Assembly: GCA_964057225.1 (NCBI GenBank)
Contig: OZ059898.1
Location: forward strand, 16,864,001 to 16,928,000
Length of the DNA stretch: 64,000 bases
DNA from: Auanema rhodensis
Lineage: Eukaryota > Animalia > Nematoda
Direction: 5' to 3'
A program made the translations under genes and the position numbers. Position 1 is the stretch's first letter; each line of letters starts with the position of its first letter. This document shows, piece by piece, positions 1-10,000 of the stretch. The notes below the pieces were generated by a model. The model saw nothing but the letters and a program-made list of their open reading frames with translations, was not told where the DNA came from and searched no databases.

Positions 1-104
1 AGCGTTTCTCAATGTAGTATAGTGCATTTGATGCGGATTTTTAAGCTGCGTCGATCTGTGTTATCAGATTTGCGCTAGCTTGAAAATGCACCGAGATATC
101 AACT

Positions 105-126
105 GATATAAGTTCACACTTATATC
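105..126. repeat. Intra-monomer inverted repeat 2 (perfect 9-bp stem, 4-nt loop)
   Basis: GATATAAGT-tcac-ACTTATATC; the arms are exact reverse complements. Confidence 0.92.
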
Positions 127-275
127 CTCGATTTTCACCCTGAAGAAATAATTTTTCGTTGAATAACATTGTCCATCGTCTTTGCCTTGAAAAAAAGAAT
201 CTAAAAACATCTACTTTTTGCTAAATTATTTTGAAGTTTTTCGAAAAAATTTTTGTCAAAATGTTTTTGGAAGCA

Positions 276-303
276 ATGTTGAGTGTACATGGAAACTCAA
301 CAT
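276..303. repeat. Intra-monomer inverted repeat 4 (28-bp near-palindrome centred on CATG)
   Basis: ATGTTGAGTGTACATGGAAACTCAACAT has perfect 9-bp outer arms (ATGTTGAGT/ACTCAACAT) and 12 of 14 symmetric pairs. Confidence 0.92.
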
Positions 304-578
304 ACACTAATGCATCATTTTTCAAACGATCATAACTAATTTTTGTATTAAGCGTTTCTCAATGTAGTATAGTGCATTCGATGCGGATTTTCAAGCTGCG
401 TCGATCTGTGTTATCAGATTTGCGCTAGCTTAAAAATGCACCGAGATATCAACTGATATAAGTTCACACTTATATCCTCGATTTTCACCCTGAAGAATTA
501 ATTTTTTTGTTGAATAACATTGCCCATCGTCTTTGCCTTGAAAAAAGGAATCTAAAAACATCTACTTTTTGCTAAATT

Positions 579-613
579 ATTTTGAAATTTTTCGAAAAAA
601 TTTTTGTCAAAAT
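579..613. repeat. Intra-monomer inverted repeat 3 (A/T-tract palindrome centred on CG)
   Basis: Perfect 12-bp palindrome TTTTTCGAAAAA (588-599), flanked by ATTTTGA ... TCAAAAT, which are reverse complements. Confidence 0.8.
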
Positions 614-701
614 GTTTTTGGAAGCAATGTTGAGTGTACATGGAAACTCAACATACACTAATGCACCATTTTTCAAACAATCATAACTAATTTTTGTATT
701 A

Positions 702-1052
702 AGCGTTTCTCAATGTAGTATAGTGCATTTGATGCGGATTTTTAAGCTGCGTCGATCTGTGTTATCAGATTTGCGCTAGCTTAAAAATGCACCGAGATAT
801 CAACTGATATAAGTTCACACTTATATCCTCGATTTTCACCCTGAAGAAATAATTTTTTCGTTGAATAACATTGTCCATCGTCTTTGCCTTGAAAAAAGGA
901 ATCTAAAAACATCTACTTTTTGCTAAATTATTTTGAAGTTTTTCGAAAAAATTTTTGTCAAAATGTTTTTGGAAGCAATGTTGAGTGTACATGGAAACTC
1001 AACATACACTAATGCATCATTTTTCAAACGATCATAACTAATTTTTGTATTA
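702..1052 (+). repeat. Representative near-consensus 351-bp monomer (M3)
   Basis: Full unit from AGCGTTTCTC to TTTTGTATTA. It carries only common alleles (CATTTG; GAAGTTTTT). Confidence 0.95.
738..788. repeat. Intra-monomer inverted repeat 1 (imperfect ~51-bp hairpin; monomer positions 37-87, present in each copy)
   Basis: ATTTTTAAGCT (738-748) is the exact reverse complement of AGCTTAAAAAT (778-788). Inner pairing continues GCG/CGC and ATCTG/CAGAT around a TGTTAT loop. Confidence 0.9.
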
Positions 1053-4000
1053 AGCGTTTCTCAATGTAGTATAGTGCATTCGATGCGGATTTTCAAGCTG
1101 CGTCGATCTGTGTTATCAGATTTGCGCTAGCTTAAAAATGCACCGAGATATCAACTGATATAAGTTCACACTTATATCCTCGATTTTCACCCTGAAGAAA
1201 TAATTTTTTCGTTGAATAACATTGTCCATCGTCTTTGCCTTGAGAAAAGGAATTTGAAAACATCTACTTTTTGCTAAATTATTTTGAAATTTTTCGAAAA
1301 AATTTTTGTCAAAATGTTTTTGGAAGCAATGTTGAGTGTACATGTAAACTCAACATACACTAATGCACCATTTTTCAAACAATCATAACTAATTTTTGTA
1401 TTAAGCATTTTTCAATGTAGTATAGTGCATTTGATGCGGATTTTTAAGCTGCGTCGATCTGTGTTATCAAATTTGCGCTAGCTTAAAAATGCACCGAGAT
1501 ATCAACTGATATAAGTTCACACTTATATCCTCGATTTTCACCCTGAAGAAATAATTTTTTCGTTGAATAACATTGTCCATCGTCTTTGCCTTGAAAAAAG
1601 GAATCTAAAAACATCTACTTTTTGCTAAATTATTATGAAATTTTTCGAAAAAATTTTTGTCAAAATGTTTTTGGAAGCAATGTTGAGTGTACATGGAAAC
1701 TCAACATACACTAATGCATCATTTTTCAAACGATCATAACTAATTTTTGTATTAAGCGTTTCTCAATGTAGTATAGTGCATTCGATGCGGATTTTTAAGC
1801 TGCGTCGATCTGTGTTATCAGATTTGCGCTAGCTTAAAAATGCACCGAGATATCAACTGATATAAGTTCACACTTATATCCTCGATTTTCACCCTGAAGA
1901 AATAATTTTTTCGTTGAATAACATTGTCCATCGTCTTTGCCTTGAAAAAAGGAATCTAAAAACATCTACTTTTTGCTAAATTATTATGAAATTTTTCGAA
2001 AAAATTTTTGTCAAAATGTTTTTGGAAGCAATGTTGAGTGTACATGGAAACTCAACATACACTAATGCATCATTTTTCAAACGATCATAACTAATTTTTG
2101 TATTAAGCGTTTCTCAATGTAGTATAGTGCATTTGATGCGGATTTTTAAGCTGCGTCGATCTGTGTTATCAGATTTGCGCTAGCTTAAAAATGCACCGAG
2201 ATATCAACTGATATAAGTTCACACTTATATCCTCGATTTTCACCCTGAAGAAATAATTTTTTCGTTGAATAACATTGTCCATCGTCTTTGCCTTGAAAAA
2301 AGGAAGCTAAAAACATCTACTTTTTGCTAAATTATTTTGAAGTTTTTCGAAAAAATTTTTGTCAAAATGTTTTTGGAAGCAATGTTGAGTGTACATGGAA
2401 ACTCAACATACACTAATGCATCATTTTTCAAACGATCATAACTAATTTTTGTATTAAGCGTTTCTCAATGTAGTATAGTGCATTTGATGCGGATTTTTAA
2501 GCTGCGTCGATCTGTGTTATCAGATTTGCGCTAGCTTAAAAATGCACCGAGATATCAACTGATATAAGTTCACACTTATATCCTCGATTTTCACCCTGAA
2601 GAAATAATTTTTTCGTTGAATAACATTGTCCATCGTCTTTGCCTTGAAAAAAGGAAGCTAAAAACATCTACTTTTTGCTAAATTATTTTGAAGTTTTTCG
2701 AAAAAATTTTTGTCAAAATGTTTTTGGAAGCAATGTTGAGTGTACATGGAAACTCAACATACACTAATGCATCATTTTTCAAACGATCATAACTAATTTT
2801 TGTATTAAGCGTTTCTCAATGTAGAATAGTGCATTTGATGCGGATTTTTAAGCTGCGTCGATCTGTGTTATCAGATTTGCGCTAGCTTAAAAATGCACCG
2901 AGATATCAACTGATATAAGTTCACACTTATATCCTCGATTTTCACCCTGAAGAAATAATTTTTTCGTTGAATAACATTGTCCATCGTCTTTGCCTTGAAA
3001 AAAGGAAGCTAAAAACATCTACTTTTTGCTAAATTATTTTGAAGTTTTTCGAAAAAATTTTTGTCAAAATGTTTTTGGAAGCAATGTTGAGTGTACATGG
3101 AAACTCAACATACACTAATGCATCATTTTTCAAACGATCATAACTAATTTTTGTATTAAGCGTTTCTCAATGTAGTATAGTGCATTTGATGCGGATTTTT
3201 AAGCTGCGTCGATCTGTGTTATCAGATTGGCGCTAGCTTAAAAATGCACCGAGATATCAACTGATATAAGTTCACACTTATATCCTCGATTTTCACCCTG
3301 AAGAAATAATTTTTTCGTTGAATAACATTGTCCATCGTCTTTGCCTTGAAAAAAGGAATCTAAAAACATCTACTTTTTGCTAAATTATTTTGAAATTTTT
3401 CGAAAAAATTTTTGTCAAAATGTTTTTGGAAGCAATGTTGAGTGTACATGGAAACTCAACATACACTAATGCATCATTTTTCAAACGATCATAACTAATT
3501 TTTGTATTAAGCGTTTCTCAATGTAGTATAGTGCATTTGATGCGGATTTTTAAGCTGCGTTGATCTGTGTTATCAGATTTGCGCTAGCTTAAAAATGCAC
3601 CGAGATATCAACTGATATAAGTTCACACTTATATCCTCGATTTTCACCCTGAAGAAAGAATTTTTTCGTTGAATAACATTGTCCATCGTCTTTGCCTTGA
3701 AAAAAGGAAGCTAAAAACATCTATTTTTTGCTAAATTATTTTGAAGTTTTTCGAAAAAATTTTTGTCAAAATGTTTTTGGAAGCAATGTTGAGTGTACAT
3801 GGAAACTCAACATACACTAATGCATCATTTTTCAAACGATCATAACTAATTTTTGTATTAAGCGTTTCTCAATGTAGAATAGTGCATTTGATGCGGATTT
3901 TTAAGCTGCGTCGATCTGTGTTATCAGATTTGCGCTAGCTTAAAAATGCACCGAGATATCAACTGATATAAGTTCACACTTATATCCTCGATTTTCACCC

Positions 4001-7000
4001 TGAAGAAATAATTTTTTCGTTGAATAACATTGTCCATCGTCTTTGCCTTGAAAAAAGGAAGCTAAAAACATCTACTTTTTGCTAAATTATTTTGAAGTTT
4101 TTCGAAAAAATTTTTGTCAAAATGTTTTTGGAAGCAATGTTGAGTGTACATGGAAACTCAACATACACTAATGCATCATTTTTCAAACGATCATAACTAA
4201 TTTTTGTATTAAGCGTTTCTCAATGTAGTATAGTGCATTCGATGCGGATTTTCAAGCTGCGTCGATCTGTGTTATGAGATTTGCGCTATCTTAAAAATGC
4301 ACCGAGATATCAACTGATATAAGTTCACACTTATATCCTCGATTTTCATCCTGAAGAAATAATTTTTTTGTTGAATAACATTGTCCATCGTCTTTGCCTC
4401 GAAAAAAAGAATCTAAAAACATCTACTTTTTGCTAAATTATTTTGAAGTTTTTCGAAAAAATTTTTGTCAAAATGTTTTTGGAAGCAATGTTGAGTGTAC
4501 ATGGAAACTCAACATACACTAATGCATCATTTTTCAAACGATCATAACTAATTTTTGTATTAAGCGTTTCTCAATGTAGTATAGTGCATTCGATGCGGAT
4601 TTTTAAGCTGCGTCGATCTGTGTTATCAGATTTGCGCTAGCTTAAAAATGCACCGAGATATCAACTGATATAAGTTCACACTTATATCCTCGATTTTCAC
4701 CCTGAAGAATTAATTTTTTTGTTGAATAACATTGCCCATCGTCTTTGCCTTGAAAAAAGGAATCTAAAAACATCTACTTTTTGCTAAATTATTTTGAAAT
4801 TTTTCGAAAAAATTTTTGTCAAAATGTTTTTGGAAGCAATGTTGAGTGTACATGGAAACTCAACATACACTAATGCATCATTTTTCAAACGATCATAACA
4901 AATTTTTGTATTAAGCGTTTCTCAATGTAGTATAGTGCATTCGATGCGGATTTTTAAGCTGCGTCGATCTGTGTTATGAGATTTGCGCTAGCTTAAAAAT
5001 GCACCGAGATATCAACTGATATAAGTTCACACTTATATCCTCGATTTTCACCCTGAAGAATTAATTTTTTCGTTGAATAACATTGTCCATCGTCTTTGCT
5101 TTGAAAAAAGGAATCTAAAAACATCTACTTTTTGCTAAATTATTTTGAAATTTTTCGAAAAAATTTTTGTCAAAATGTTTTTGGAAGCAATGTTGAGTGT
5201 ACATGGAAACTCAACATACACTAATGCATCATTTTTCAAACGATCATAACTAATTTTTGTATTAAGCGTTTCTCAATGTAGTATAGTGCATTCGATGCGG
5301 ATTTTTAAACTGCGTCGATCTGTGTTATCAGATTTGCGCTAGCTTAAAAATGCACCGAGATATCAACTGATATAAGTTCACACTTATATCTTCGATTTTC
5401 ACCCTGAAGAAATAATTTTTCTCGTTGAATAACATTGTCCATCGTCTTTGCCTTGAAAAAAGGAATCTAAAAACATCTACTTTTTGCTAAATTATTCTGA
5501 AATTTTTCGAAAAAATTTTTGTCAAAATGTTTTTGGAAGCAATGTTGAGTGTACATGGAAACTCAACATACACTAATGCATCATTTTTCAAACGATCATA
5601 ACTAATTTTTGTATTAAGCGTTTCTCAATGTAGTATAGTGCATTCGATGCGGATTTTTAAGCTGCGTCGATCTGTGTTATGAGATTTGCGCTAGCTTAAA
5701 AATGCACCGAGATATCAACTGATATAAGTTCACACTTATATCCTCGATTTTCACCCTGAAGAAATAATTTTTCTCGTTGAATAACATTGTCCATCGTCTT
5801 TGCCTTGAAAAAAGGAATCTAAAAACATCTACTTTTTGCTAAATTATTCTGAAATTTTTCGAAAAAATTTTTGTCAAAATGTTTTTGGAAGCAATGTTGA
5901 GTGTACATGGAAACTCAACATACACTAATGCATCATTTTTCAAACGATCATAACTAATTTTTGTATTAAGCGTTTCTCAATGTAGTATAGTGCATTCGAT
6001 GCGGATTTTTAAGCTGCGTCGATCTGTGTTATGAGATTTGCGCTAGCTTAAAAATGCACCGAGATATCAACTGATATAAGTTCACACTTATATCCTCGAT
6101 TTTCACCCTGAAGAAATAATTTTTCTCGTTGAATAACATTGTCCATCGTCTTTGCCTTGAAAAAAGGAATCTAAAAACATCTACTTTTTGCTAAATTATT
6201 CTGAAATTTTTCGAAAAAATTTTTGTCAAAATGTTTTTGGAAGCAATGTTGAGTGTACATGGAAACTCAACATACACTAATGCATCATTTTTCAAACGAT
6301 CATAACTAATTTTTGTATTAAGCGTTTCTCAATGTAGTATAGTGCATTCGATGCGGATTTTTAAGCTGCGTCAATCTGTGTTATGAGATTTGCGCTAGCT
6401 TAAAAATGCACCGAGATATCAACTGATATAAGTTCACACTTAATCCTCGATTTTCACCCTGAAGAATTAATTTTTTTGTTGAATAACATTGCCCATCGTC
6501 TTTGCCTTGAAAAAAGGAATCTAAAAACATCTACTTTTTGCTAAATTATTTTGAAATTTTTCGAAAAAATTTTTGTCAAAATGTTTTTGGAAGCAATGTT
6601 GAGTGTACATGGAAACTCAACATACACTAATGCATCATTTTTCAAACGATCATAACTAAATTTTGTATTAAGCGTTTCTCAATGTAGTATAGTGCATTCG
6701 ATGCGGATTTTTAAGCTGCGTCGATCTGTGTTATCAGATTTGCGCTAGCTTAAAAATGCACCGAGATATCAACTGATATAAGTTCACACTTATATCCTCG
6801 ATTTTCACCCTGAAGAAATAATTTTTTCGTTGAATAACATTGTCCATCGTCTTTGCCTTGAGAAAAGGAATCTAAAAACATCTACTTCTTGCTAAATTAT
6901 TTTGAAATTTTTCGAAAAAATTTTTGTCAAAATGTTTTTGGATGCAATTTTGAGTGTACATGGAAACTCAACATACACTAATGCATCATTTTTCAAACGA

Positions 7001-10000
7001 TCATAACTAATTTTTGTATTAAGCGTTTCTCAATGTAGTATAGTGCATTTGATGCGGATTTTTAAGCTGCGTCGATCTGTGTTATCAAATTTGCGCTAGC
7101 TTAAAAATGCACCGAGATATCAACTGATATAAGTTCACACTTATATCCTCGATTTTCACCCTGAAGAAATAATTTTTTGTTGAATAACATTGTCCATCGT
7201 CTTTGCCTTGAAAAAAGGAATCTAAAAACATCTACTTTTTGCTAAATTATTTTGAAATTTTCCGAAAAAATTTTTGTCAAAATGTTTTTGGAAGCAATGT
7301 TGAGTGTACATGGAAACTCAACATACACTAATGCATCATTTTTCAAACGATCATAACTAATTTTTGTATTAAGCGTTTCTCAATGTAGTATAGTGCATTC
7401 GATGCGGATTTTTAAACTGCGTCGATCTGTGTTATCAGATTTGCGCTAGCTTAAAAATGCACCGAGATATCAACTGATATAAGTTCACACTTATATCTTC
7501 GATTTTCACCCTGAAGAAATAATTTTTCTCGTTGAATAACATTGTCCATCGTCTTTGCCTTGAAAAAAGGAATCTAAAAACATCTACTTTTTGCTAAATT
7601 ATTCTGAAATTTTTCGAAAAAATTTTTGTCAAAATGTTTTTGGAAGCAATGTTGAGTGTACATGGAAACTCAACATACACTAATGCATCATTTTTCAAAC
7701 GATCATAACTAATTTTTGTATTAAGCGTTTCTCAATGTAGTATAGTGCATTCGATGCGGATTTTTAAGCTGCGTCGATCTGTGTTATGAGATTTGCGCTA
7801 GCTTAAAAATGCACCGAGATATCAACTGATATAAGTTCACACTTATATCCTCGATTTTCACCCTGAAGAAATAATTTTTCTCGTTGAATAACATTGTCCA
7901 TCGTCTTTGCCTTGAAAAAAGGAATCTAAAAACATCTACTTTTTGCTAAATTATTCTGAAATTTTTCGAAAAAGTTTTTGTCAAAATGTTTTTGGAAGCA
8001 ATGTTGAGTGTACATGGAAACTCAACATACACTAATGCATCATTTTTCAAACGATCATAACTAATTTTTGTATTAAGCGTTTCTCAATGTAGTATAGTGC
8101 ATTCGATGCGGATTTTTAAGCTGCGTCAATCTGTGTTATGAGATTTGCGCTAGCTTAAAAATGCACCGAGATATCAACTGATATAAGTTCACACTTATAT
8201 CCTCGATTTTCACCCTGAAGAAATAATTTTTTCGTTGAATAACATTGTCCATCGTCTTTGCCTTGAAAAAAGGAATCTAAAAACATCTACTTTTTGCTAA
8301 ATTATTTTGAAGTTTTTCGAAAAAATTTTTGTCAAAATGTTTTTGGAAGCAATGTTGAGTGTACATGGAAACTCAACATACACTAATGCATCATTTTTCA
8401 AACGATCATAACTAATTTTTGTATTAAGCGTTTCTCAATGTAGTATAGTGCATTCGATGCGGATTTTCAAGCTGCGTCGATCTGTGTTATCAGATTTGCG
8501 CTAGCTTAAAAATGCACCGAGATATCAACTGATATAAGTTCACACTTATATCCTCGATTTTCACCCTGAAGAATTAATTTTTTTGTTGAATAACATTGCC
8601 CATCGTCTTTGCCTTGAAAAAAGGAATCTAAAAACATCTACTTTTTGCTAAATTATTTTGAAATTTTTCGAAAAAATTTTTGTCAAAATGTTTTTGGAAG
8701 CAATGTTGAGTGTACATGGAAACTCAACATACACTAATGCATCATTTTTCAAACGATCATAACTAAATTTTGTATTAAGCGTTTCTCAATGTAGTATAGT
8801 GCATTCGATGCGGATTTTTAAGCTGCGTCGATCTGTGTTATCAGATTTGCGCTAGCTTAAAAATGCACCGAGATATCAACTGATATAAGTTCACACTTAT
8901 ATCCTCGATTTTCACCCTGAAGAAATAATTTTTTCGTTGAATAACATTGTCCATCGTCTTTGCCTTGAGAAAAGGAATTTGAAAACATCTACTTTTTGCT
9001 GAATTATTTTGAAATTTTTCGAAAAAATTTTTGTCAAAATGTTTTTGGAAGCAATGTTGAGTGTACATGGAAACTCAACATACAATAATGCACCATTTTT
9101 CAAACGATCATAACTAATTTTTGTATTAAGCGTTTCTCAATGTAGTATAGTGCATTCGATGCGGATTTTTAAGCTGCGTCGATCTGTGTTATCAGATTTG
9201 CGCTAGCTTAAAAATGCACCGAGATATCAACTGATATAAGTTCACACTTATATCCTCGATTTTCACCCTGAAGAAATAATTTTTTCGTTGAATAACATTG
9301 TCCATCGTCTTTGCCTTGAAAAAAGGGATCTAAAAACATCTACTTTTTGCTAAATTATTTTGAAATTTTTCGAAAAAATTTTTGTCAAAATGTTTTTGGA
9401 AGCAATGTTGAGTGTACATGGAAACTCAACATACACTAATGCATCATTTTTCAAACGATCATAACTAATTTTTGTATTAAGCGTTTCTCAATGTAGTATA
9501 GTGCATTCGATGCGGATTTTTAAGCTGCGTCGATCTGTGTTATCAGATTTGCGCTAGCTTAAAAATGCACCGAGATATCAACTGATATAAGTTCACACTT
9601 ATATCCTCGATTTTCACCCTGAAGAAATAATTTTTTCGTTGAATAACATTGTCCATCGTCTTTGCCTTGAAAAAAGGAATCTAAAAACATCTACTTTTCG
9701 CTAAATTATTTTGAAGTTTTTCGAAAAAATTTTTGTCAAAATGTTTTTGGAAGCAATGTTGAGTGTACATGGAAACTCAACATACACTAATGCATCATTT
9801 TTCAAACGATCATAACTAATTTTTGTATTAAGCGTTTCTCAATGTAGTATAGTGCATTCGATGCGGATTGTTAAGCTGCGTCGATCTGTGTTATCAGATT
9901 TGCGCTAGCTTAAAAATGCACCGAGATATCAACTGATATAAGTTCACACTTATATCCTCGATTTTCACCCTGAAGAAATAATTTTTTCGTTGAATAACAT

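Noticed and set aside
154-170. CENP-B box-like sequence TTTCGTTGAATAACATT
   Set aside because: It shares only the TTCG half. The essential CGGG half of NTTCGNNNNANNCGGGN is absent.
140-195. Hammerhead ribozyme (CTGAAGA matches the CUGANGA core, and some satellites encode hammerheads)
   Set aside because: The next GAAA is over 40 nt downstream with no credible stem II, stems I and III could not be built, and a common allele (CTGAAAA) destroys the motif. An Infernal search with Rfam hammerhead models would settle it.
1-350. Tandem 5S rRNA, tRNA, snRNA or spliced-leader gene cluster
   Set aside because: No recognisable 5S, tRNA cloverleaf, snRNA or SL leader sequence on either strand by eye. 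Not checked with covariance models.
1-350. Monomer as a dimer of two ~175-bp subunits
   Set aside because: No convincing similarity between the two halves beyond A/T runs.
1-350. Assignment to a named satellite such as the Drosophila 359-bp (1.688) family, or to a specific MITE/Helitron origin
   Set aside because: Similar length and AT content only. I recognise no sequence match, and no termini or target-site duplications are visible in the window.
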